This document shows, piece after piece, positions 20,300-29,092 of a stretch of 36,501 nt of DNA. Positions within the stretch are counted from its first letter, which is position 1; every line of letters begins with the position of its first letter. Origin of the DNA: an uncultured Lachnospiraceae bacterium (lineage in GTDB: Bacteria > Bacillota > Clostridia > Lachnospirales > Lachnospiraceae); the NCBI GenBank assembly GCA_902783945.1, contig CACZSZ010000022.1, positions 1 through 36,501 on the forward strand, written 5' to 3'. The notes beneath the pieces are model-generated. The model saw only the letters and a list, made by a program, of their open reading frames with translations. It had not been told where the DNA came from and made no database searches. A program made the position numbers and the translations under genes.

Positions 20300-20339
20300 A
20301 AAAGGACCTGGCGTGAAAGATCACAGAAGGTCCTTTTTT
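20300..20339 (+). terminator. Rho-independent terminator after cdaR
   Basis: AAAAGGACCT / AGGTCCTTTT stem with an inner GTGA/TCAC pair, ending in a T-tract. Confidence 0.7.
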
Positions 20340-20435
20340 GATGCAGTGCGCCCGGAATCATGGTATTCCTGCCGGTGCAGTTTCCGGAAGAAAAGCAGAT
20401 ACTCCTGATTTATAAAAGAAACAGAAAACACATTT

Positions 20436-20468
20436 TTTTCTCAGGCTTTTCACAATTCGAACACAATT
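20436..20468 (+). promoter_or_regulatory. Three direct repeats with 11-bp period upstream of htrA (candidate OmpR/CssR-type binding site)
   Basis: TTTTCTCAGGC TTTTCACAATT CGAACACAATT; a TATAAT at 20515-20520 lacks a good -35 box. Confidence 0.5.
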
Positions 20469-20570
20469 TCCCGGTAGACTGGCAGCTATAAACAGGAAGA
20501 AACGGAACAGCGCGTATAATGCCTGATACGGCAGTTCCATAAACTACAGTTAAGATAAGGGGATTGTGAT

Positions 20571-22337
20571 ATGAACGAATTACATGAAAATGAATACAAT
20601 TCTTCGGAAAGTGTATCTGATCAGCAGGTAAATGAGATACAGCAGAGCCAGCCGGAACAGCAGGCCGCTCCGCAGGCAGCCCAGGCAGAAGGCACACAGC
20701 CGGAACAGCAGGCCGCTCCGCAGACAGCCCGGGCAGAAAGCACACAGCCGGAACAGCAGGCTGCTCCGCAGGCATATAGTTGGATGCAGAATCAACAGCG
20801 GAATGAACGGACTTATGGAAATACCGGCCGCCAGACATACGGGCAGACCGGACAGACATACAGGCAGACCGGACAGACATACGGGCAGAATTACGGACAG
20901 ACATACGGGCAGACCGGAAACGGTTATCAGCAGAATCAAAGCGCACAGCAGAATGGTCAGCAATATCAGCAGACAGCGTGGAACAGTCAGCCGCATTACA
21001 ACTATTATCAGAGACAGCAGGCACAGCAGAACGTCCCGCATGATACGAAGAAACATACTGGTTCCGGCAAGGGAAGTCATTGGGGTACCGCCGTGGCCAT
21101 GGCTCTGGTTTTCGGACTGATCGCAGGTACGGTGACATTTGGCGTCAACCGGGCAGCAAACGCGTTGTTCCCGGCTCAGCCGCAGATACAGGCTGATGCG
21201 GAAGCTGCTGTACCGGAAGAAGAAAGAAATGAAACACATCTGTCGGTAGCAGATTCCGAGATGTCAGATACGGAAGAGGTCGGGGCAGTTTCGTCCGGAG
21301 AAACCAGGACTGTCGCACAGGTGGCAAGTGAATGCATGCCGGCGTTAGTCACGATTTCGACGATGTCTGTTCAGGAAATGAGAAGCTTTTTCGGGACGCA
21401 GCAGTTTGAGGCTCAGGGAGCTGGCACCGGTGTTATTGTAGGTGAAAACGACACGGAGCTGCTGATCGCAACGAACAACCACGTGATCGAAGGGGCACAG
21501 GAAGTCTCGATCGGATTTATTGACGAGAGCGTGGCGGAAGCCCAGATCAAGGGAACAGATCCGACAAACGATCTGGCTGTTGTGGCTGTGAAACTTGAGG
21601 ATATTCCGGACGAGACCAGAGATCAGATCAAGATCGTGACGATCGGAGATTCTGATGCACTGGTGCTGGGAGACCAGGTCGTGGCGATCGGAAATGCATT
21701 GGGAGTCGGCCAGTCGGTCACAAGCGGGTATGTCAGTGCTCTGAACCGTGAACTGGATCTGAATGACGGGTTCACAGATTTCAAATCCAGTGGTCTGATC
21801 CAGACGGATGCAGCGATCAACTCCGGCAACAGCGGCGGCGCACTCCTGAATATGAAAGGCGAACTGATCGGTATCAACGAGGCTAAATCCGCATATACAT
21901 CTTCCGGTGTGACGGTCGATAATGTCGGATATGCAATCCCGATGTCCAAAGCTCAGCCAATCCTGGAAGAACTGATGAATCAGGTGACCCGGGAGAAATA
22001 TTCGGAGGATGAACAGGGTTATCTGGGAGTTTCCCTGGTCAATGTCAGCAGTGAGTTTGCTGAACTGTACGGTATACCGCAGGGAGTCGGCTTTGCGGAA
22101 GTGGCAGAAGACGGCCCCGCAGCGGAAGCCGGTGCCCTGAAGGGCGATATCCTTACGGAATTCGGCGGCAAGGCAATGACATCCGTTGATGATGTGATGA
22201 ATGAAGTCAAGTATTACCGCTCCGGCGAGGAAGTTGAAATGACAGTTCTGCGTGCGGATAACGGGGAGTATAAAGAGGTGAACCTGACCGTTACACTTGG
22301 CACGAAAGATGCCATCAGCACACTTCAGACCCAGTAA
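20571..22337 (+). CDS. htrA: HtrA/DegP-family membrane-anchored serine protease with PDZ domain
   Basis: Gln-rich cytoplasmic N-terminus, one TM helix, triad motifs TNNHVI / DLAVV / QTDAAINSGNSGGAL, PDZ region YLGVSL...GPAAEAG...GDIL. Confidence 0.95.
   Translation: MNELHENEYNSSESVSDQQVNEIQQSQPEQQAAPQAAQAEGTQPEQQAAPQTARAESTQPEQQAAPQAYSWMQNQQRNERTYGNTGRQTYGQTGQTYRQTGQTYGQNYGQTYGQTGNGYQQNQSAQQNGQQYQQTAWNSQPHYNYYQRQQAQQNVPHDTKKHTGSGKGSHWGTAVAMALVFGLIAGTVTFGVNRAANALFPAQPQIQADAEAAVPEEERNETHLSVADSEMSDTEEVGAVSSGETRTVAQVASECMPALVTISTMSVQEMRSFFGTQQFEAQGAGTGVIVGENDTELLIATNNHVIEGAQEVSIGFIDESVAEAQIKGTDPTNDLAVVAVKLEDIPDETRDQIKIVTIGDSDALVLGDQVVAIGNALGVGQSVTSGYVSALNRELDLNDGFTDFKSSGLIQTDAAINSGNSGGALLNMKGELIGINEAKSAYTSSGVTVDNVGYAIPMSKAQPILEELMNQVTREKYSEDEQGYLGVSLVNVSSEFAELYGIPQGVGFAEVAEDGPAAEAGALKGDILTEFGGKAMTSVDDVMNEVKYYRSGEEVEMTVLRADNGEYKEVNLTVTLGTKDAISTLQTQ
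20648..20916 (+). repeat. In-frame repeats in the HtrA N-terminus: 48-bp (QPEQQAAPQxAxAExT) and 21-bp (QTYGQTG) units
   Basis: cagccggaacagcaggc(c/t)gctccgcag three times; cagacatac(g/a)ggcagaccgga several times. Confidence 0.85.
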
Positions 22338-22370
22338 ATAAGGGCAGAGGACAGGAAAAAAGAAAGACAG

Positions 22371-22410
22371 AAGGGAGCCGGCGCCATTTGGGCCGGCTCC
22401 CTTTCTTATT
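22371..22410 (+). terminator. Rho-independent terminator after htrA (probably bidirectional)
   Basis: AAGGGAGCCGGC / GCCGGCTCCCTT stem with T-rich 3' flank and A-rich 5' flank. Confidence 0.8.
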
Positions 22411-22476
22411 TTCTGACCGGAATCCGCAATTTCTCAATTGTTGGGCGGACTCTTTTCTGTTCAATTCTCAATCAGT

Positions 22477-22512
22477 CTGCCCCGGACGCGTATGTCAAGT
22501 CATCCGGGGCAG
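22477..22512. terminator. Hairpin downstream of the ChW-SGNH gene (terminator or REP-like element)
   Basis: CTGCCCCGGA / TCCGGGGCAG, 16-nt loop. Confidence 0.5.
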
Positions 22513-22558
22513 GTCTCCGCTTTTTATCTATAATTTGTGTGTCTGATGTTTACCAGGT

Positions 22559-24412
22559 TCAACGCATGGTGACGTCTTTCAGCCAGTTGTACCACGCAGT
22601 TGAGGTTTCTGTACTGTAATGGAAATCGCCGAAGATATTTGTTGTATATGTAAGTTTTCCGAGACTGTTCCAGGGATCCAGTTTCTGAACGCCGGGACAG
22701 TTTACGGCTGCATTGAACTCGGCAAACTGTGTGGGCGGGTAGCCCTGATCCGGACCGCAGGTCACGAAGAACACCCGGGAATTTGTCTTTTGGGCAGCGG
22801 CTGCGGCAAGCTGTGCAAGGACAGTGTTATAATTGCCAGCATACTGGGACTGAGGAATACCGATGTCATTGCGGCCCATCAGAACATATACGTTTGTGTC
22901 ATCCCCCATGGCATTGAGGACGCTGTTCACGAAATAGTTGCCGCCTTCTGTCAGGTGACCTCCCCACTTGCATGCAAAAAAGTCGTTTCCGAACCAGCCG
23001 ACGGCCGTTGCGCCGTTTCGCCACAGTGCTGTTCCGTGTATGGCATTGACAATGCAGCAGGTGCGTGAATCTCCGATGAACATATGCTTCTTCACGGTGT
23101 TGGTCTTCATGACAGAAGCATTTTCATTGTATTCCGGGACAGATGTTCCCTTTGGCATGAGACGTATCTCGATCGCCTCCAGACGCTTGGACATTCCGGA
23201 GGTACCGGTCTGCTGACCGTTCTTTGCCCAGGGAAGCCAGCCAAAAGTCTGCGAATGCACTCTGTAATAGATATCATAAGCATCTGCTGCCGCGCCGGTA
23301 AGCTCGATCTGAATGGCTTCCAGCCGTCTGGACTGGCCTGTGGTTCCCGAGAGAGCCCCGTCATTTACATAATCCTGCCATCCGATCCCCTGGATATGTG
23401 TGCGGTAGCGGACGCCTCCCCCGGACGGGACATCTGTCAGGGCAATACGGATCCCTTCCAGGCGTTTGGATTCTCCTGAAGTTCCGGCTGTGGCTCCGTC
23501 ACAGACATAATTCTGCCAGCCATAAGACTGAACATGAGTAGTGTAGCGGATCAATGTGCCGTTATAAGCGGAAGCGCCGTCGGAGGCAGCGTTGTCTTTT
23601 TCATAAAAAATAGCGGCAGTACTTCCGGGAGCTGCGTCACCTTTGGGAACAATAAGAATACGTATGGCTTCCAGACGGTAAGAATACCCGGCAGAACCGC
23701 AGGATTCCCCGTTTACAGCCCAGCCGGACCAGCCGAAGTGCTGTATGTGTGTCTGGTACCATATGTCGTAGTGACGGGCCAGTTCACCAGTCAGGCGGAT
23801 CCGGATCGCTTCCAGCCGCTTGGACTCATTTGTTGTTCCGGCCAGTTCTCCGTCGCTGCGCCAGGACTGCCATCCGTAAGTCTGTACATGGGTGCAGTAT
23901 TCAACCGATCCCTCATATGCGGGATTATCCAGTGAGATCCGGATTCCCTCCAGCCGCTTGGATTCTCCTGTAGTACCGCTTTCTTTTCCGTCGGAAACGG
24001 GATCCTGCCATCCGTATGTCTGTACGTGGGTTGAATACACCACAGAGCAGGGAAGCGTTTCTTCAGTCTCGGTATCCCGGATCAGCATCTCTTCGGGGGA
24101 TGCGTCTTCTGCATCCCGGACGCCGTCGGAAGCATCGCCGCTTTCCATGCTGATTTCTGCTGCCGGTTCTGCAGGTTCAGATCCGGGTGCCTCATCTGCA
24201 TCCGCGGCCGCGGCGTTTCCGACGGTCTCCTCTGCTGCCTCAGCCGGCGAAACGGTACTGATCTCTTCAGCTGCCTCAGCCGGCGAAACGGCATCCGTCA
24301 GGTAAGCTGTTTCAGCAGCGTTCGGGTCAGGAAGAACTTCAGAAGCAGCTGCCGGCAGTGCGGCTGTCAGCATGGCCATAATGAGAATTAGACTGGTCCA
24401 GATTTTTTTCAT
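22559..24412 (-). CDS. Secreted protein with six ChW (clostridial hydrophobic W) repeats and a C-terminal SGNH/GDSL hydrolase-like domain
   Basis: Signal peptide MKKIWTSL...PAAA; six Y-x-x-H-x-Q-x-x-GW...RLE(A/G)I repeats; FIGDSRT, LMGRND and GDFHY blocks; GGAGG RBS. Confidence 0.85.
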   Translation of the reverse strand: MKKIWTSLILIMAMLTAALPAAASEVLPDPNAAETAYLTDAVSPAEAAEEISTVSPAEAAEETVGNAAAADADEAPGSEPAEPAAEISMESGDASDGVRDAEDASPEEMLIRDTETEETLPCSVVYSTHVQTYGWQDPVSDGKESGTTGESKRLEGIRISLDNPAYEGSVEYCTHVQTYGWQSWRSDGELAGTTNESKRLEAIRIRLTGELARHYDIWYQTHIQHFGWSGWAVNGESCGSAGYSYRLEAIRILIVPKGDAAPGSTAAIFYEKDNAASDGASAYNGTLIRYTTHVQSYGWQNYVCDGATAGTSGESKRLEGIRIALTDVPSGGGVRYRTHIQGIGWQDYVNDGALSGTTGQSRRLEAIQIELTGAAADAYDIYYRVHSQTFGWLPWAKNGQQTGTSGMSKRLEAIEIRLMPKGTSVPEYNENASVMKTNTVKKHMFIGDSRTCCIVNAIHGTALWRNGATAVGWFGNDFFACKWGGHLTEGGNYFVNSVLNAMGDDTNVYVLMGRNDIGIPQSQYAGNYNTVLAQLAAAAAQKTNSRVFFVTCGPDQGYPPTQFAEFNAAVNCPGVQKLDPWNSLGKLTYTTNIFGDFHYSTETSTAWYNWLKDVTMR

Positions 24413-24453
24413 GAATAACCTCCGATTGCCTGTTTTGATATCAGTAATTTAAA

Positions 24454-24462
24454 AGTATACCA
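24454..24462 (-). promoter_or_regulatory. Extended -10 element for the ChW-SGNH gene
   Basis: Minus strand TGGTATACT (TGn + TATACT) about 40 nt upstream of the start codon. Confidence 0.45.
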
Positions 24463-24566
24463 TGACTGCCGGATGTAAAAAAGAGTTAATAGACTGAATA
24501 TCACACAGAGGACGGAAACGCCGGATAAAGCGCGGCGGTTTGACGCTCTGCAGGGCGACATTGCCG

Positions 24567-24595
24567 TTGATATTGTCTCCAAAGAATCATATACT
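24567..24595 (+). promoter_or_regulatory. Sigma-A-like promoter for the FkbH operon
   Basis: TTGATA, 17-nt spacer, TATACT. Confidence 0.7.
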
Positions 24596-24643
24596 TGTCT
24601 TATCGTATCTTAAATGACAGGCTTCACACTTGCAGGAGATCAT

Positions 24644-26440
24644 ATGAAGGAACTGGAATACCCTTTTGATGCGGAAAATATTATAAAACGGAAAAAACAA
24701 TACCGGAAACAGCTGCTTGCCGATGAGGAAAAGACCTTTATAGATAAAAAAATAGCCATACTCGGCGGCGAGACGACACAGAATATCAAACTGGTCCTTG
24801 AACTTTTCCTGCTTAACTACGGTATCAGGCCGGAATTCTACGAATCTGAATTCAATCAGTATTATGAAGACGGCATGTTCCCAAATCCCGAACTGGAAGC
24901 ATTTGCGCCCGACCTGATCTATGTATGCACCTGCGTGAGAAACATTGTTGAGTTTCCTTCAGCGGCAGACAGCAGGGAAGAAACTGACCGGAAAAGAGAG
25001 GCCCTGATCAGCAGATTTACCGGTCTTTGGGATTCGCTGCGGGAAAAATATCACTGTCCCGTCATACAGAACAACTTTGAGTATCCGTTTTTCCGTCTGA
25101 TGGGAAACAAAGATGCCTCCGATTATCACGGCCGTGTGAATTTTGTCACCATGGTGAACTGTGCTTTTTATGAATATGCACAGACCCACGATAATTTCTA
25201 CATATGTGATGTGAACTACATTTCAGCATCTTACGGGCTGGATAAATGGTCGGAACCGTTCTACTGGCATATGTATAAATATGCGGTAGCCGTACCTGCC
25301 ATACCGTACCTGTCATTTAATGTGGCCAATATTATCAAATCCATTTACGGCAAGAACAAAAAGGTGTTCAATCTGGATCTTGATAATACCCTGTGGGGAG
25401 GGATCATAGGCGATGACGGCGCGGAGAATATCGAAATAGGGCAGGAGACGGCACTTGCCCAGACCTACAGTGAATTCCAGGAATACATCAAACTTCACAA
25501 AGAGCTCGGTGTTCTGCTCACGGTAAATTCCAAAAATGAAGAAGCAAATGCCCGTGCCGGTTTCGAGAGACCGGACAGTGTTCTCAGGATCGGCGATTTT
25601 GTAAGCTTCAAGGCCAACTGGAATCCGAAAAGCCTGAATCTTTCGGAAACGGCAGCGGAGCTGACACTGCTCCCCGAGAGTTTCGTGTTTGTGGATGATA
25701 ATCCGGCAGAAAGAGAGATCATCAGAGCGCAGCTCAGCGGCGTGGCCGCTCCGGCGATCGAAGGTGTGGAGCATTATATCCAGACGATCGACAAGTCCGG
25801 CTTTTTTGAAGTCACGGCATTTTCCGGAGATGATCTGAAACGGAATGAGATGTATCAGCAAAATGCAAAGCGGCAGCAGCTGCAGGCTTCCTTTACGGAT
25901 TATCAGGAATATCTGAAGTCGCTGGAAATGAAAGGGGAGATACAGAGCTTTATCCCGATGTATATGTCCCGCATTGCCCAGCTGACAAACAAAAGCAATC
26001 AGTTTAATCTCACGACGAAAAGATACAGTCAGAGCGAGATCGAGGAGGTAGCTGCCGACCCGGGGCGCATCACTCTGTATGGAAAACTGGAAGATAAATT
26101 CGGTGACAACGGCGTTGTCAGTATCGTCATCGGAAGGATTGACGGTCCCGGAAAGGACGAGCTTCATATGGAACTGTGGCTCATGAGCTGCAGAGTCCTG
26201 AAGCGGGATATGGAATTTGCCATGATGGACGCTCTGGTCGAAAAAGCCCGCAGCTCCGGTATCAGGACTATTTTCGGATATTATTATCCGACGGCTAAAA
26301 ATGCCATGGTTAAAGATTTTTACGGGACACAGGGTTTTACAAAAGTTTCCGAAGATGACGAGGGCAATTCCGTGTGGAAATTTGAGATCGATGACAGCTA
26401 TGAGAACAGACAGGATGTCATTGATGTTCAGGTACTGTGA
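24644..26440 (+). CDS. Long-form FkbH-like HAD-IIIC phosphatase / glyceryl-ACP transferase
   Basis: AGGAG RBS before ATG 24644; DLDNTLWGG (DxDxT), SKN, NWNPKS, FVDDNPAE, TNKSNQFNLT, DKFGDNG, WLMSCRVL (conserved Cys); extra N-terminal domain of roughly 240 aa. Confidence 0.92.
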   Translation: MKELEYPFDAENIIKRKKQYRKQLLADEEKTFIDKKIAILGGETTQNIKLVLELFLLNYGIRPEFYESEFNQYYEDGMFPNPELEAFAPDLIYVCTCVRNIVEFPSAADSREETDRKREALISRFTGLWDSLREKYHCPVIQNNFEYPFFRLMGNKDASDYHGRVNFVTMVNCAFYEYAQTHDNFYICDVNYISASYGLDKWSEPFYWHMYKYAVAVPAIPYLSFNVANIIKSIYGKNKKVFNLDLDNTLWGGIIGDDGAENIEIGQETALAQTYSEFQEYIKLHKELGVLLTVNSKNEEANARAGFERPDSVLRIGDFVSFKANWNPKSLNLSETAAELTLLPESFVFVDDNPAEREIIRAQLSGVAAPAIEGVEHYIQTIDKSGFFEVTAFSGDDLKRNEMYQQNAKRQQLQASFTDYQEYLKSLEMKGEIQSFIPMYMSRIAQLTNKSNQFNLTTKRYSQSEIEEVAADPGRITLYGKLEDKFGDNGVVSIVIGRIDGPGKDELHMELWLMSCRVLKRDMEFAMMDALVEKARSSGIRTIFGYYYPTAKNAMVKDFYGTQGFTKVSEDDEGNSVWKFEIDDSYENRQDVIDVQVL

Positions 26441-26494
26441 CCCCGGCGCATGGTTTATAGAACACATGCGTGACGGCTTCTGAGGACCGGGCAT

Positions 26495-27340
26495 ATGGAG
26501 TTTTATACACTGAACAATACAATACAGCTGCCCTGTGTGGGGCTTGGCACGTGGCAGATCACCGACAGAGACAGGATGGCGGTTCTGATCCGCCGTGCAT
26601 ATGAGGAAGGGTACCGTCTGATCGATACGGCAGCAGCTTACAGTAATGAGATCGCCATCGCAAAAGCTATCGCGGCAGCGGGCATAGGCAGAAAGGAATT
26701 GCTGCTGTCCGATAAAGTGTGGAATACCTCCAGAGGATACGAGGCAGTTCAGGAGGCCTGCAGGAAATCTCTGAAAAAGCTGAAAACTGATTATCTGGAT
26801 ATCTATCTCATGCACTGGCCTGCCTCAAAGAAGCTGCATCCGGACTGGGCCCGGATCAATGCCGAAACATGGCGCGGCATGGAGAAACTCTGTAAAGACG
26901 GATATGTCAGAGCGATCGGCGTGTGCAATTTTAAAGTGCATCATCTTGAAGAACTGGAAAAAAGTGCGGAGATCATGCCCTGTATCAACCAGTTTGAACT
27001 GCATCCGGGGTTCCATCAGGATGATCTTGTCCTGTACTGTCAGGAAAAGGGCATTCTCGTGGAGGCAAGCAGTCCCCTGGGGAACGGACAGATCCTGAAA
27101 CATGAGGGGATCTGCGGGATCGCCGGCAGACACGATAAGAGTGCGGCGCAGATATGCCTGCGCTGGTCGCTGCAGAAAGGCGCGGCTGTGATCCCGAAAA
27201 CGGCGGATCCGGACAGACTGGCACAGAATATAGATGTTTTTGATTTTTCACTTTCTTCAGAAGAAATGAAAGAACTCGACGACATTCCATACTGTGGCGG
27301 TGTCGGAATCGATTCAGACGAGGTGACTGAATTTGGCTAA
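26495..27340 (+). CDS. Aldo/keto reductase
   Basis: GLGTW, catalytic tetrad motifs IDTAAAY / DKVWN / LMHWP, IGVCNF, NQFELHP, VIPKT. Confidence 0.93.
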   Translation: MEFYTLNNTIQLPCVGLGTWQITDRDRMAVLIRRAYEEGYRLIDTAAAYSNEIAIAKAIAAAGIGRKELLLSDKVWNTSRGYEAVQEACRKSLKKLKTDYLDIYLMHWPASKKLHPDWARINAETWRGMEKLCKDGYVRAIGVCNFKVHHLEELEKSAEIMPCINQFELHPGFHQDDLVLYCQEKGILVEASSPLGNGQILKHEGICGIAGRHDKSAAQICLRWSLQKGAAVIPKTADPDRLAQNIDVFDFSLSSEEMKELDDIPYCGGVGIDSDEVTEFG

Positions 27341-28172
27341 TACAAAAACAGAAGAGCAGGAACTTCTCGCACTGCGCAGAAGAATCTTTATCACGGGATA
27401 TAAAGGAGGCATGGCACATCTTGCTTCCTGTTATTCGTGTCTGGAAATGCTTTACGCACTGTATATAAAAGGGATCCTGCGGTATGATCCCGGCAATCCG
27501 AAATGGGCTGACAGAGACCGGTTTATCCTGAGCAAGGGGCACGCCGGACTTGCACTGTACAGTGTGCTGGAAAAGGCGGGGCTGATACCGGGCAGCATGG
27601 TCGACAGCTATCTGACCGTGCATTCGCGGATAGGCGGCGAACCCTGCATGAGGGACTCGGACTGGATCGAGGCCACCACGGGATCCCTCGGGCACGGCCT
27701 TTCCACGGGACTGGGAATGGCCATGGCACTGAAACTGAATAAAAGTCTCGCGCGGGTCTATGTCATGCTCGGAGACGGAGAACTTCAGGAAGGAACAGTC
27801 TGGGAGGCCGTTCAGTCGGCACCGTTTTTCGGTGTGGACAATCTCATTGCCATATTGGATAATAACAGGATCCAGAAAATGGATTTTATTGAAAATACGA
27901 TCGGCGAGCCGGCCTGGGAAGATAAGTTCAGGAGCTTCGGGTGGGATGTGCAGAAAACTGACGGACATGATCTTGAAGCGTTCACACAAACGGTATTGTC
28001 GGAAAACGGTACCGGAAAACCGAGGATCATTCTGGCAGACACGGTCAAGGGCAAAGGCGTGTCGGTCATGGAAAATAATCCGAACTGGCATTTTAAACTT
28101 CCGGGAAGAAAAGAACGGAAAGTTTTTATGCAGGAACTGGGTATAGAACAGGAAGAACTGGAGAAGAAATGA
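27333..28172 (+). CDS. Transketolase-like ThDP enzyme, N-terminal subunit
   Basis: DRDRFILSKGHA, TGSLGHGL, GDGELQEG...NN ThDP motif, DGHD, TVKGKG, WH; TTG start overlapping the AKR stop. Confidence 0.93.
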   Translation: MANTKTEEQELLALRRRIFITGYKGGMAHLASCYSCLEMLYALYIKGILRYDPGNPKWADRDRFILSKGHAGLALYSVLEKAGLIPGSMVDSYLTVHSRIGGEPCMRDSDWIEATTGSLGHGLSTGLGMAMALKLNKSLARVYVMLGDGELQEGTVWEAVQSAPFFGVDNLIAILDNNRIQKMDFIENTIGEPAWEDKFRSFGWDVQKTDGHDLEAFTQTVLSENGTGKPRIILADTVKGKGVSVMENNPNWHFKLPGRKERKVFMQELGIEQEELEKK

Positions 28173-29092
28173 ACAGTGCCTATATTGGAAAACTGATGGA
28201 GCTTGCCGAAAAGGATCACGACGTGCTGCATCTGCTGGCGGACAGCGGCACCGGATACGATGAGATGTTCCGGAGAAATTTCCCGGATCAAATCTTTAAT
28301 TTCGGCATTGCCGAGGAAAACATGGTAGCGGCGGCCGCAGGTATGGCTGCGGTCGGAAAGAAACCATTTGTATTTACTGCGGGAGCCTTCCTTGCCTTCC
28401 GTTCCATGGAGTTTATCCGCGACGACATCTGTTTTCAGAATCTGAACGTGAAGATCGTCGGAATGGGCAGCGGCCTGGCCTGGAGTTCTCTGGGACCGAC
28501 ACACCACACGACAGAAGACCTGGCGGTGCTCAGGGCGATCCCCAATCTGATGGTCCTGTCTCCGGCGACACCGAAACAGGTCGGAGAGTGCGTGCGCATC
28601 GCTTATGAACATGACGGGCCGGTATATATCCGGATCGGGATGAACCATGAAAAAGAGTTTTATACGGATGAATACTGTATGGATGCGGCGGTACCGGATG
28701 TGATCCGGGAAGGAAGTGACGCAGTGATGTACTGCACCGGATCCATACTGGAAGAGGCGGACGAGGCCTGCGGGCTCCTTGAGAAGGAAGGAATATCCGT
28801 AAAGCTTGTCAATGTATGCTGTATAAAGCCGTTTGACGAAAAAGGACTGCTGTCCGACGTCTGCCGGTATGGAAAGGTGATAACCGTCGAAGAACACAAT
28901 GTCCACGGCGGACTGGGCGGAATTGTTTCCGAGACACTTGCGTATCACGGCGGAAAAGCAAGAGTGATCCCGATAGGGCTCCGGGATATGTTCGCAGAAG
29001 GATACGGGACACAGAAGATCGTCAGGAAAAACAATGCGCTGGATGCGGAGAGCATATATACCTATGTGAAAGAGGCGTGGGAAAATGAGTGA
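28169..29092 (+). CDS. Transketolase-like ThDP enzyme, C-terminal subunit
   Basis: FGIAEENMV, GPTHHTTED, GPVYIR, IKPFD, VEEHNVHGGLG; ATGA overlap. Confidence 0.93.
   Translation: MNSAYIGKLMELAEKDHDVLHLLADSGTGYDEMFRRNFPDQIFNFGIAEENMVAAAAGMAAVGKKPFVFTAGAFLAFRSMEFIRDDICFQNLNVKIVGMGSGLAWSSLGPTHHTTEDLAVLRAIPNLMVLSPATPKQVGECVRIAYEHDGPVYIRIGMNHEKEFYTDEYCMDAAVPDVIREGSDAVMYCTGSILEEADEACGLLEKEGISVKLVNVCCIKPFDEKGLLSDVCRYGKVITVEEHNVHGGLGGIVSETLAYHGGKARVIPIGLRDMFAEGYGTQKIVRKNNALDAESIYTYVKEAWENE

Noticed and set aside
20300-20400. ZTP or other riboswitch in the htrA upstream region
   Set aside because: Only a superficial CTGGCG match; the remaining conserved elements are absent and a terminator explains the hairpin.
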